Part shown: positions 37,770 through 51,466 of the stretch, piece after piece | Layout: each line of letters starts with the position of its first letter | How positions within the stretch are numbered: the stretch's first letter is position 1 | NCBI RefSeq assembly: GCF_006345805.1 | Contig: NC_042997.1 | Coordinates: 6,076,001-6,140,000, forward strand | DNA: 64,000 nucleotides | Origin: Octopus sinensis | Taxonomy: Eukaryota | Reading direction: 5' to 3' | Position numbers and translations under genes: made by a program | The notes under the pieces: model-generated | What the model saw: only the letters and a program-made list of their open reading frames with translations | What the model was told of the DNA's origin: nothing | Databases searched by the model: none

Positions 37770-40700
37770 CATATCTGTATATATAACTAAATACATAAAT
37801 ACACACACATACATCTATATATATACACACACAGAACTCATTCATTCAGAGACACCACATAATCATACACTTAAACACACATATGAAAAGCTTCCGCCTA
37901 GTTGCCGCCTAGCGAATGTACTCACATCGCATCGGGCGGCAAAGAGCACTTGTCCAAGATGCCGTAATGTACGACATATCTCGAGACTAGGCGTTTTCAA
38001 AGCAATTTTCTTACCCACAATACAACACATACCTACCAATCTAAATTCATACACACGCACACATACATACATACATACATCATACATACATACATACATA
38101 CATACATACATACATACATACATACACACATATATACGTACGTACGCACGCGCGTGTGTGTGTGTGTGTCTGTGTGTATTCTGAGTCTACATAAGGTGGT
38201 TCACTGCCGAAACGTTCCGTCAATCATACATGAAGTAAAGAGAAATAGTTATATAATATCAGATACCGTCTGTGATTTGGGTGAGAATGTGTAGTTGTGT
38301 TTAGGACTTTTTATATACACATGATGGTAAGTAATATTTAAACGTTTCAGAAATTATGAAACGTATGCTTTAACTTCGAGAATGACCGTTTTCATTAGTG
38401 ATGTATGTTGTTAGGATATCAAAGACAAAGTGCTTCGCCAAACTTAATATTCAGTTATTCCTGCATAATATTTAAATAATTATACATTTTTATTTTAGAA
38501 AGATATTATTTATATTTATAATTCGTATAATAATGAGTGCATAATTAAAATTGAAATGTCTTTTAAAAATAGCTTTTTTGTGAAAATTGAATTTTAATTA
38601 TTATTTAAATTTAAATTAATTAACAGTGGCATTCTAATAGGTAATAAAAATTTTTAATCGGTATTTTCGGGAAATATCCACCTCTGTAATGAATGAAAAA
38701 CATATTTGATTCTATCATTCTTTGTAATAAATCTGAAATCTCACTTAGCTTTCTAGGATAATATAGCATTATGGTGTCTCAATATACTTCAGAATAAAAA
38801 AGAAATTGCTCTTTCATTCAATTCTATGTAAAATATACTAATACAAAATGAGTAAAATATGGGTAACTGTTCTTTACCAAACAGAATCAACTGCATTTAT
38901 TGAAAACACAGACACAGTTATATAAAACTTAGAAAATATATATTCTCATATAACAATTCAGCTCTGATTGCGATTCAACATAATGATGATCTCAATGTTT
39001 TATTCCCCGTCCGTATATATTTATATGCATCTGCTTATGTGGACGTTTTTGTAGGAATATGTATTTTGAATATATTTCATGAAATATTTGTGCGAATCTC
39101 TGGAGGTGTGTATCGCGTACTCGACTTCACATTATGACTTTAATTAATCTCTATACTACTGTAAAAGCTTAGATGGCATATTAAAATATTTACGTAAAAT
39201 TTTGTAATTGAAATTCATCTAAATATCGTTCAGTTTTCTATTGAAATTTAATTTAATTTAATTCAGTTCACATTTTGCACATCATAATACAAAATATTCA
39301 CAAATGAAAACTTTTATCGTAACACAGCTATTACAAAACAATGCACTGATAAGAAGCCGTTCGATGTAAAACGAAAGATATATCGTGAACAAATGTAAAG
39401 TTCTACCAGAGTTAATAAATGACCATGTATAATGGTATAAAACCCTGTTAAATAAGACATACTAATCAACAATAACTCCCAGCTTTCTCAATTTTATATT
39501 GAATTATTTTTATTCACTCTGGAAAATCAAGAAACTCATCAACTAAAAGTATAAAAAGGACACACAATTCTGATGGAGTTTGGTAAACACAGATCAGTAG
39601 ATTTCAGAAACACATGTTCATAAAGTATTTCTATGTTATTGTAGCAACAGTAACAATGTTCGATTTAAAGAAGATTATAAGGCCAAACAATACATGTCTA
39701 GCATTATTAGCACTCTCTCCAGTTCAGACTATTGCATAGAATTATATCTACATACCACAAAACACATTTTTCAAAGCAAATACAAAGCAAATTATAACCT
39801 TATATCAATTCATATTTTGACATTTAAACTCAATCAACACACATTTCTATAGGAAAGGAAAAATACTCACTTTCGCCAATTCAGAATTAATACAAAAATT
39901 GTCAACTTTGCTCCTTGGAATATTATGATATTACATACATCTATCAGAAATTACTTAACCGTCACCCGAAATGACTCACGCCCTGCAACTATAGACTAAA
40001 GGGATTTTAGAAAATTAAAGCATCTTAATTATATTTCTATATAGGAAGTATCTTATTGAACACGGCTGCACATCCAGAGACTTCTCTATTATATTGCTAT
40101 AAGTATATGAATGTTTCATTCTATTACATTTTTGATTTTAGTAAGAAAGATAACACTGTCAACATAAATTTCATCTTCCCCTGCAGCAACAATACATACT
40201 TTTTCTCAATATGAGACATTGCCGCCATATTTATTGGAGCTTTCTTGCTTTGTAATAATATATCTGAAAGAACTAATGAACAATAACAGAACTTTTATCA
40301 GAGTTTATTCCAAAATTTTGCTATTTTCATTTAGAATTAGTTTTTTTTTTATCCCTGTAGTTATTATATTCATTTAATTATTAAATTAGCTATTTACAAA
40401 TTCTTATTGAATCACTAATGCATTAAACTTAATCAAATTTGTTACTGCTTTTAGTTTCTTTTTTTTCAATAAAAGTTTTAACCACTTCTATTTCAACTGC
40501 TTATTTAATTACGTAGCCAATAATTATTACAGATTGTGCAATCTTATAGATTCCAGCTTGTTGTTATGTCTACATTTAATTCTTCCTTTCTGAATATTTT
40601 ATCCAATTTTATCCTTTCATCATGTATTATCTGGCCTTATAGTATTTTACATTGTAACATGTAATCACATTTATCCACTACAACTTACTTTCTTTAATTT

Positions 40701-41060
40701 CGACGGCTTTTTCTTATTCAACTTTCTTGAATACGGAAGCTAGTGCAAGTTTAGGTTTGAAAAACCTTTAGCTCAAAAGTAGTTTACTTTACTTTTTGAA
40801 ATCAGTTATCATGCATACAGAAGTATATACGTCAATGAATAATCGTTACGCACATTCCTTCAATGTTATGTTTAGAATTAATGTTTCCATTGGCCTTATG
40901 TGTAAGAGGTAGCTACATTTTAAACTAACTGTAATTTGCAATTTACGTATATGCCTTTTACAAATGTTACACAACACGCAGCCGAATTGCACAAAATGAG
41001 TACAGATATCTGAGATTGAGATGCATCCTTTGTATATATAACATGTACACACTCTCGATG

Positions 41061-41486
41061 ACACATGCATTGTGTATTAGTTTTTTAATACACCTATTAA
41101 GTGCGGGATAGATTATTGGGAAACGTCTCTTCCCCTCACCGAGTGTTAAAGAACGCTGAATGTCTCAGACCACGTGGGACAACTTGCACCGAAGGGGAAA
41201 AATAACAGAGGGTATCGATATTTTGCTATTCTTTGAACTCACCTGAGACATTTTTAAGAATATATATATGTTGCTAATACACATGCTAATACATATGCAT
41301 AGTGTATTAGCGTGTTTAATACACCTATTAAGTGCGGGATAGATTATTGGGAAATGTCTCTTCACCTCACCGAGTGTTAAAGAACGTTGAATGTCTCAGA
41401 CCACGTGGGACAACTTGCACCTAAGGGGAAAAATAACAGAGGGTATCGATAATTTGCTATTCTTTCAACTCACCTGAGACATTTTT

Positions 41487-41500
<14 letters not shown>
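41061..41500. repeat. Recent tandem duplication, period ~230 bp
   Basis: 41061-41269 and 41291-41500 are nearly identical (taatacacctattaagtgcgggatagattattgggaaa...cacctgagacatttttaa), about 7 substitutions in the ~175-bp core by eye. Confidence 0.95.
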
Positions 41501-41531
<31 letters not shown>

Positions 41532-41540
41532 ATATATTTA

Positions 41541-42150
41541 ATCCAAACATGAACAAAGGAAAAACACTATAGCGCGAGGACGCGGAATAAGTATAGTATT
41601 ATTGGACGCTCAGGAAAGGAAAGAAAGAAGGAGGATTTCACGTTTCGTGAGGAGCTCTTCGTCAGAAATGTAGAAACAAGAAAACGTCCAGGAAGGGAAG
41701 ACGGAGAAAGAAAGTAGCCAACGATACACACGCGGTCACATATTGAAATGACCGGAAGGGAATGGGTGCAGAAAATGTTCTGTCAAAGACAGGAGAGTGC
41801 AAGAAAAGGAGATAAGTGTGTGGGGGTGGGGGTACGTGCGTGTGCGCTGGCCTGTGTGTGTGCGCGCGTGTATGTATATTGAGTTTGTGCTGTGTGTGTA
41901 TGGGAGTTACGTGTCGGTTCATTTGCGTGTGCGTTTGTGTGTATGCTAGTGTGTGTGTATATAAACGTGTGTGAGTGTATGTGCGTGTGTACGTGTGTGT
42001 GTATGTGCGTGTGTATTATGTGTGTGTGCATGTGTGTGTGGACAAGGGGTTTCGTAGGGGTATAGGTGCATTTATTTTGTGCGTGTATGCGTGTGCGTGC
42101 GTGTGTGCGTGTACATGTGTATGTGCGGGTAGTTATGAGTGCGTGTATTT
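41541..42150 (-). mobile_element. PLE 3' region: CA-rich UTR plus pLTR-like end abutting (TA)n
   Basis: End matches 9612-9697; CA-rich tract like 8250-8540; contains a degenerate hammerhead motif. Confidence 0.6.
41635..41669 (-). ncRNA. Degenerate minimal hammerhead-like motif
   Basis: AUUU-CUGACGA-A-GAGCUCCUCAC-GAA-ACGU-G-AAAU: canonical core and stem I intact, stem II broken, position 17 is G (normally not cleavable). Confidence 0.45.
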
Positions 42151-42177
42151 ATGCGTGTAGTTGTGTGTGCTCTTTTG

Positions 42178-42352
42178 CTCAACTGGCCCTGCCCTGTTTA
42201 ACATCTGTCCCAAAACAGATCAATAAGGAAAAAGATCTCATCACCTTTAAACGAAATCTGGACAAATTTCTTCAAGGAATACCAGATAATCCAATCAGGT
42301 GATGCTATTGACTTGGACATGGCCTTGACAAATCTTTGGTCGAAACATATCT
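42178..42352 (+). mobile_element. LINE 3' end (CR1/L2-group-like)
   Basis: GPALFNI / PKQINKEKDLITFKRNLDKFLQGIPDNP, then a short 3' UTR followed by (TACA)n. Confidence 0.65.
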
Positions 42353-42879
42353 AATTTTTCTAATACATACATACATACATACATACATACATGCATACAT
42401 ACACATACACATACATTCACACACACACACACACACACACATACGCACACACAGAGACACACAAACACATGTATATATATATATATATATATAAATTTGT
42501 CTTCTTAGATTCGTAAATTCAGAAATACATATATTTCGATAGGGCTTTTACTTACCAACGTACCGATAAAAATGACAAAAATCATGATTTTGATATTATT
42601 AGTATATTATGAACTGAATCATGGTTATATTTAGTTTATGAATATCACAGTGTAATGAATAAAATATTGCCTGCAATTTTGCACACATCTGTATGATGTT
42701 CCACAATCGTAATACATGCTTTAAGCAAATGCATATTTATGTGTCATATCTAGGATTTCTGTACGCATCCTATATAGCGTAAGGACGTGTAAAAGCTCCT
42801 CACAGAATGTTTAGAAGCATATTTCCACTTTGTATGGTTGCTATATTTTGAATTTTTTACTAATTTGCTTCCCTTATAC

Positions 42880-43260
42880 GTATAACCTGGATCATCTGGA
42901 GCGACCAGTCTGTCAGGTTCTGAGTCGGCTTCGCTGGCCACTGCATTCGCTCTATTCCCCTCATGCCCTTGCCATCTCTTTCAGGTAGTTCGAAACATCT
43001 TAAATCTTCTTCTGACCTGATTGGAGTACTTCTGAGTGGTCTCTCCCGTTTGCGTTGGTAACTCTCGACAACTGCATGTGTCCACCAATTGTCTGTGAAG
43101 CTTGCGACACGACCGGCTCACCGTTGCTTTGCGTGGTGATATTCTGTGACGATGCCCTTCACTCCAGTTATATTCCTCATCTCCTCGTTACGGATGTAGT
43201 GTCCCAGCGAGATTTCCAACATCGACATTTCAATTGCTCTGTGTACAAAGCATTATTGGA
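42880..43260 (-). mobile_element. RTE-clade LINE 3' fragment
   Basis: Minus strand MSMLEISLGHYIRNEEMRNITGVKGIVTEYHHAKQR*AGRVASFTDNWWTHAVVE...RERPLRSTPIR matches the RTE C-terminal pattern (SMLGIS..DHIRNEEIR..T.V.DI......K.RWAGHVAR..D.RWT). Confidence 0.8.
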
Positions 43261-44050
43261 GTTATGACGGTTTTCAGAGAATGCTTTCAGGAAATAATTT
43301 TTTGTTGTTCTTTTGCTAATTAAATTACAGCGCTTGGTTTTGTCATTTATTTAATTCAGTTAAATTCTCGAATATGGGAAAAGTCATATTCGCTTAGTAA
43401 TATGATCCATGAAATTTGAAATATAGTTTCGCCTTAATCTTACGTCATATTTAATCTGACATATCGAATAAATAAAAGTGTTAATTTTCTTAAATCCTAA
43501 TTCACATAATTCTTATATTGCTTAAAGTAGTGTTTAGACAACTATATTCTATGTATGCATTATTTGGTTGAAATGCATAGACACATCGAATGTTGCGAAC
43601 CCCAACTAATTTTGTTGTAGATTTTTAAGTGTCGCTATTGAATTCGCTGCATTAGCAATTTCTAATTGGAGGGAAAGTAGGATATTCGAGGGGAACATTG
43701 TCATGTTTATCAAATTCGCAATCGTCAGAATTTTACAGTTTAGACAATAATATCCTCCATTCCCAGGCATGTGAGTGTGATACATTTCACAGAGATGAAT
43801 TTCCTTGGTCGTCCAAAGAACACTTCGATATGTCTAAATTTTAACAGAACAAGCTAATTCATCATTTTTGAGAAGTTGCATGCTTTTCTTTGACATCTGA
43901 TTTGTATTTTATATTGATTTTCTTTTACATAACATTCTAATGGAAAAATATCTTCCATAAAATATATTTCAGAAAGAAACGATTATAGATTTATATAAGG
44001 TCTTCTAAGCGGTCTCTCCTGTTCACGCAGGTAACTATGGACAACTGGAT

Positions 44051-44234
44051 GGGGCGAAATGCTTAGTGATATTTCGTCTGTCTTACGTTCTGAGTTCAAA
44101 TTCCGCCGAGGTCGACTTTGCCTTTCACCCTTTCGGGGTCGATAAATTAAGCACCAGTTGCCTACTTGTGTCGATCTAATCGGCTGGCTCCCTCCTCCAA
44201 AATTTCGGGCACTGTGCTTAGAGAAGAAAAGAAT
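44051..44234 (+). mobile_element. SINE family A
   Basis: gggcgaaatgcttagtgatatttcgtctgtcttacgttctgagttcaaattccgccgaggtcgactttgcctttcaccctttcggggtcgataaattaagcaccagttg...agaaaagaat. Confidence 0.9.
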
Positions 44235-45955
44235 ATTTATAAATGTATCTGTGTATGCACCTGTGTGCGTGTGCGGTGTATGAGTGTGTATTTATATTTA
44301 CACGGCAAATTGATAAGTGGCATTACCGAGTAGATATATACTTCACCTTTCTCTGAGTGGGATTTTGTATCACAACATAGCAATTATTCTGCTTTCTTTG
44401 GAAACGGAGGTAATTACTATATACCAAGAATTACTCTTGGATGTTATAGGACATATATTTATCCATCTACATGCGAATGCCTCTGTGTGCTTGCGTATTT
44501 GTGTGGAGCTCGTTTTTTTATCCATTGATGGTATTTAAAAACACTGATTAATGTAATCTTAAGTATTGAATATCTATATGTTGTTCTCTTGTGTGACAAA
44601 CTAATGATAGATTTGTAATCTTTTTGTACTCTTTAGTTTTTTCTGACCACTTGACCACTCTTTCGTTTTTTATGACCATTTGACCACTAGGTTTAATTAA
44701 CAACTTTTGAACAATTTCCTTACAATATTGATCATAAACCTGCTGATGAACAGCTGAATACACGCATAATAATATTTGACTCAAATCAAATTGTATATTA
44801 ATTAATGTACATTGTACCTCTTGTTCGTCGAGACGTGGAATTCTCTTTTCTTTTAGAAATGTAAAAGTATTTCAAGCTAAATATTCTTGCTTCTGTAAAT
44901 ATAGAAATATTTTGCAATTTTATTTGCATTCAGTTTCTTTAAGTAATAAGGGATTGAAAATTAATTTTGATAATCCTAATATAAAAAGCTCACGGAAATT
45001 TGTTAGTCAAGTGAAGTGATATTTTTCATATAAATTATCAAGAATATATTTGACTAAACATGAACAGTTTTGCCTAAAATGATCAATGTTATATACATTG
45101 TCCTTAACCGAGGACAATCCACATAAACATGCATATACACGCGTATACATACAAATTATTATTATTTTTTAAATATGTTGTTATTTGAGTGCATTTTAAA
45201 AGCCTGATCTTTTAGCAGCTATGGTATAAACTTAAAATTGCTCAATAATTTCATATATATTTCAGAGAATAGTTGTACAAGGTGATATCATGCTGCGAAA
45301 ACTGCAATTTGAAAGAATAACGTAAACAATGGATGTTTCCAGAGGCTTGTACATACGTAGTCGGAAGCAAAATATCTCTATGAATTATTTGCAATCATTC
45401 AAGCTATAGATTTTGTAATCAAACACAAAATATTTCATGAAAAAGGATTTTTATATTTAATTATGGTTCAAAATTGCAAGGCTTCTCTCTATATATAGGA
45501 GAGCAAGTATATTCTCTTTTGCAAGGGTTACACATTAGTTAAATCCTTATAAAATATATATCTAATGAGCTAGTGATAGTCCGTAATGTAATACACAATT
45601 CGATAATTGTCCATTTTAGTCAAATATGGAAAACGCACTATGTACGAGCGCACATTTGATGCAAATCTAATGAAATACATATCTAATGCCTAAAATTGCA
45701 AACATTACGTAAATTTTCTCCCTGAATTATTTCATAAACTGGAGTTGCAAGCAGAATTGATACAGAAACAATTCAAACAGATCATTAAAGATGTGGTAAA
45801 GATATTTTGTTTTCTTATTATTTGGATTATGAATTATGTTTACGCCATACACACACAACGGTTTTACCGTTGAGAAACCAAGATATTTTACCCTTGAAGA
45901 TTTTCCGGGTTAGCCTGGAATCTAACAGTGTTGATAGGCTAGAACATATATATAT

Positions 45956-46079
<124 letters not shown>

Positions 46080-46499
46080 CGTGCGTGTATAGTCAATTCG
46101 AGTAATTAAATAATTAGGATTAGGGGTTAAATAATCCAAAAGTTTGCACTGGTTAATCACTATCATCTAATGAGAAATTCTCTGGGATATATTAGGGAGT
46201 ATTGTAGTAATACATATTATTGATATTGAAAGAGACAATATGGATCTATAAAGGCGGACAGAAAATGGATTATATATAAGATCTAATTCCTTAAACTTAT
46301 TACTATTCCGCTTGAATCCTTCAACGAAAAATGTTAACATTCTATAAGCTCGTAATAACCCTGAAGAAGTCCGATATATTTTTAAATGATATCTTTCTTA
46401 GCCTATAACCAAATGCTTCTTAGAATTACATAAACTAGGGGTAGTACTGAAGCATATATGTAGGTTTTTCACACCTCCCATTTTCTTTCTTTTTTCTAG

Positions 46500-46538
<39 letters not shown>

Positions 46539-46742
46539 TATATGTATGTGTGTGTGTGTGTGTGTGAATGTGTGTATCTGTATGTGTGTGTATGCATGCA
46601 TGTATGTGTATATGCTGATGTGGTTTCTTTAAACATGGTTTTATTAACGTAATCTTTGTACTGCATGTTTAATTAGTTTGGACAAGAATCGTAGGAACAA
46701 CTAATACCAACATTTTAGAATATTCTTGAGAATATGAGAGGC

Positions 46743-46780
<38 letters not shown>

Positions 46781-48059
46781 CAAAGAGAGAGAGATTGAGT
46801 GAAATAGAAGCAGACAGACAGAGAGGAAGGGAAAAGAGAGAGCTGCAATAATTCTGAGGCATACACAATTACTGATTGCTTTTCGATTTTTAATCATGCA
46901 CGCTTCCAGAAAATGCAAATTATTCAAGGGATCGTGACTATTGATATGAAATTGTGATAATTAAAATGGAAAAAAATATCCTGGCTCATTTGAACCTAAA
47001 TGAAATCATTACTTTTGTTTCTGCTGAAATATCCATCAATGTTATATATATATCCCTTAGGTTTTGACCTTTAACCAGACGTCACTTCACTTCAACATAT
47101 AACCCTGTGTTATGTTTCTCAAATATATGAACTGCTTAAATATTGGCTTACTTCCATCACTGCTATAAAGGTACAAATGTGGCCTATCTGCTACAAATAT
47201 CAGAATATAAAAATCGAATGACAAGCATTCAAATCAGCCACGAAACAGTACAAAAATAACGAAAAATATCATTTTTGCATTATTTCCTGAAAATAAGTAG
47301 AATCATATTCTTCAGATATATACCCTTTAATTAGTATTAATTATTTCGCGGGCTTACAGTTTTAATATTCATTTCACATTTATTCTCTTTCCATTAACTA
47401 CATATACTCACACTTTTTCTTTATCATTTGCTATCTCCCCTGGGTCTCTGGTTTCCTTCGGTGATTATACTTGTCATAAATTATTGAAGAAAAAAATATT
47501 ACAAATTCATTTAATTTAGTAGCTACCGTTGATTTTAAGAATTCGTGATTGCCTTCGCAGATATTTAAAAACCCTCTCGAAGCATAAATTCTTCATGATA
47601 CTAATTTAATAACTTATACATTTTATTTCCAAATTCCTTTTTAATATGTCTTTATAACGTTCTACTTGTCGGCCAGATATTCTTTGTCATTCAAACAATT
47701 TTCAGTAAAAGAACAGGTGAACATTCGTTTAGGTTCCCCCTTTGACATAAGAATTTCTTATTGGTCGTTTGTATCTGACAATTCGGCTGTTTGTAGTATC
47801 TCACCCTGCGGGTATTTTGCGAGTGTTTCTGATCATGAAGACGTAGGTTCACTGAATCTTGTGCAATAATCAAATATATATAAAACGTACAAGAAGAGCT
47901 TATCTGTAATTCATACATTGGAGTCTTATGGAATCATGAACCCGAATCCATAGAAGTTGAAGCAGCTGTCTAAATGTCTTTACTCTATTGGTGGATAGCC
48001 TTCATATGGAATTGTGAAACAGTATTCAATCTTACGTCTTCATAACAAGTTATATGCTA

Positions 48060-49570
48060 TAATCTGAATTTCAAAGGAAACGCAATTTTTTCAAATATCA
48101 TTTTTATATTGTAAATTCTGAAATGTTTTTCTGGGATGTAAGTGTAAATATTCATGGATGAGATCCTAATTGCAGGTAACCTTTCAACTTGCCCTAAAAT
48201 GAGACGCCAAAACGCAGCTGCGTTGAATGTCGTAGCTTGCAGTCGCAAACAGTTGTCATCAAAACAGAAATGCACATGCATCTCGAGATTATGGATATAA
48301 AAAAATAAACAACTTGAACAGCGTTCCTGGCGTTCATAGTTTCACCGCATCAGGTTTCTTCCAATTGTCAGCAGCGCAAAGGAAAAAAGATATTGGTCGA
48401 TTTGAAATAGGGCTGCGTGCTATGGTTGTTGCGAAATTTTAAAATGTCCATGTCAGTACCATCTATCGCCTACATCAGCGATAAAACAGCACCAAAAGCA
48501 AGGCAGACCGTGGCCGCAGAGGGAGCTCCTGGGTGACCACGCCTTAGCAGGACTGCTTCATCCACCTGCAATACGACCTTGATTGCTTCAGACCAGCCAG
48601 CGTGACAGCTGGTGCCACCATTGGCACTGGACAGCAACCCATCAGCGACGACACGGTACGACGTCGACTGGCCGCCAAATACTTGCGTTGCCGTCATCCT
48701 ACACGAGGGCCTGTCCTCACTGCCAGCCACCGTCAGGCACGCCTCCAGTGAGCAACGCAACACTGACATTGGTAGCATCAACAATGGCGATCGATAGTCT
48801 TCTCTGACGAGAGATAGTACTGCGTTTCTACCTCGGCTGGCAGAGTAAAGCTGTTGCGTAGGAGGAGTGAACGCTGCAGAGACGCATATGTGGCCAAAGT
48901 ATCATGGATTGGTGTGCTATAGGCCTGAATCAGAGAAATGGGCCTCATGTGTTCCAACATGTTGGTGAAGGCAGAGGGAATGGCATCACAGAGCAGCGCT
49001 ACGTTGACCAGATCCTAAAACCTCACAATGTGCCATTCTTCGCGCGTCACCAGATCCACGTGTCCCAACAAGACACTGCTCCCTATTACATGGCTAGGAG
49101 TCACCATAGACATCCTGCGTCAGTACAACATCAGGACCATGCCGTGGTCAGCTCTCAGACTAGATTTGGATCCAATTGAATATTTGTGGGATGAAATCCA
49201 GAGACGGCTGAACCAAGTAGTCCCAACAACAACTAGTGTGGAACTGGAGGCATATTTCCTCATGATGTGGACACAGGTGCCAATGGCTTTGTTTGAGCCG
49301 CTTCATATCATGCAGTCCATGTACCGACGGTGTTTCGCCGTTTTGAACACAAAGGGATGACATACATGGTATTGAAAATGTAACCCTTTACAATCTCGAT
49401 GTGCTGGATCCGCCTACTACCTGAACACATACATCGACCCATAGGCTGTGGCCAAAGTGCTTCCAAGAAATTGACTTTATCAGATTTATCAAAGTTTATC
49501 TCTAACATAATGAAATTAAAACATACTTCACAGTCACACGCGTCTCGCGTTTCTTTTGTGGTTCAGTGTA
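48060..49570 (+). mobile_element. Near full-length Tc1-type DNA transposon fossil (DD34E-like)
   Basis: Left TIR aatctgaatttcaaaggaaacgc (48061-83) vs right gcgtttcttttgtggttcagtg+TA (about 49547-49570). Decayed transposase: LSAAQRKKDIGRF..., ISDDTVRRRLAAKYLR, WRSIVFSDE, QQDTAP, MPWSALRLDLDPIEYLWDEIQRRL. Confidence 0.85.
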
Positions 49571-50099
49571 TCGTTATTCAGTTCATATATTTGATCCCTT
49601 GATTAAACATACTTCACCCCAAACTATTTTATCTTTTATCCTGGCATAATATATTTGTGACTACACAATCTTTTACGTCATTTTAGATAACTTTAAATAA
49701 TTTTTGAGAATTTTACCTGATAAATTTAACACGTTAACGAACACAGAGAAGATATCTTAACAGCATAGCCACAGTATTGACATATAACTTGTTCAATACC
49801 ACAAGTCATTTACTTCTTTAAAGAATGAAGACTTAGTGATGCAGGTGATCTATTTCACACCTAATCTAGCAAACCTACGATCAAAGTTATTCTTTCTTAG
49901 GCTATCTAGAATTTAAATTTAGAAGTTTGTGGTTTCGCGGAAATAAGATACCTATTACCATTGTAATAGATGTCATCTTTGAATATCTTCAAAGTGTGGT
50001 ATAGTTTGTACTCTGTTTTAAGAACAAATAACATTTGAATGTCACCGGGAAGTTCAACTCGTTGTAGTTCAGGCTTCTGCCGCTAGAAGCCACTTGATG

Positions 50100-51466
50100 C
50101 GACCCTCAGAAATCAGTCTGCCGACCAGCATTTTTAGTCATTGTACTAACACGTTTCGCAGTGCTTCTCCCCTGTTCGTCGAATTTTGCGATGGCTGAAA
50201 CGGAGGAACAGTGTGCTTCGGTGAAATTCTATTTGTTGCAGGGGAAAACGGCAGACAAAACAGCTATAATGCTTCAAACAGCTTACAAGAAGTGTGCCGT
50301 ATGCAAAACACAAGTCTTCGAATGGTTTTCACACTATAGGAACGTCCCGAACGAATGAAAATATCCCGAAAATTCATGAACTGATCTTGGAGAACAGTGG
50401 CCGAACAATTGAAGAAACTTTTTATATGACTGTTGTATCCTGGAGTTCCTCCCAAATAATGTTGAGCAGGGAATTGCGAATAAAGAGAGTTGCAGCAAAA
50501 TTTGTACATCACTTGCTCAGGGAGGACCAAAAGCAGCCACGACTGAATGCGTGTCGTGAACTAAGAGAACTGTTGGAAGTTGATTCGAAAGATTTTCCGA
50601 ATGTCATTACTGGTGACGAAGGCTGGTACTACGGCTTCGACCAAAAAACGTACCATCAATCAAGTCAGTAGAAGTATATAGTGTCATCACGCCACCACCC
50701 CAAATGTGCGTCAAGAAAAGTACAATATCAACACGATATTGATTTGGTTGACCGATGTGAAAAAAATTTCCACACAGTATTTGTCCGTCCAGATAAAACT
50801 GTTAGCCAGACATTTTACTTTAGTGTTCTCAAGAATTTGCGAGAAATGTCGAGACGAGAACGCACCGACCAATGGCAAGGTGGGGAGTCGTGGTTTCATC
50901 AAGACAATGCTCCTTTGCACACCGCATGAGTGTTGGACAGTTTTTGACCATACATGGCATCATCTTGGTTACCCACCCTCCCTGTTGACTCGATCTTGCT
51001 CGCTGCAACATTTTTTTTAATTCGTAGAATAAAGTCTATCCTTATAGGAAGGCGATTTGCAGATGCAGAAGAGGTTAAGGAAAAAACGACGAAGGGGTAA
51101 AAATGCATCACTTCACGTGAGTTCTAGGGCTGCTTCGAACACTGAAAAACGCGTCTGTACAGATGCATTGCTTCAAATGGAGAATACTTTGAAGGCGATA
51201 AAAATATAAACATGTAAAACTATGTGAATAAAATAGTACGTTTATATATTTGTTGTGCAAGATTTTTTATGTGAAGTCGTGTGTTGAAATAGATATTGTT
51301 ATATTTCGGGATCGTCATTTTGCCTGTTTAGCCAATAAAAACACACGCACTATATATTTGGTGTTATTTTGCTTCAGCGTTATTTATTTTTTACATTAAT
51401 CTTAATCTTATTTCGACCGAAATAATATTGCAAAATTCTGGTTTCTTTTTGGTATCCCTTCGTGTA
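50100..51466 (+). mobile_element. Mariner-type (DD34D) transposon fossil
   Basis: EQCASVKFYLLQGKTA...AYK...TQVFEWF; RVAAKFVHHLL; VITGDEGWYYGFD; WFHQDNAPLH; HPP..DLA; probable right TIR tggtttctttttggtatcccttcgtgta ending near 51466; left TIR not found. Confidence 0.85.

Noticed and set aside
44548-44784. 78-aa minus-strand ORF that looks protein-like
   Set aside because: It contains a 29-bp tandem duplication (not a multiple of 3) and has no recognisable homology.
46361-46395. ctgaagaagtccga as a hammerhead 5' half
   Set aside because: The matching stem II arm and GAAA are absent.
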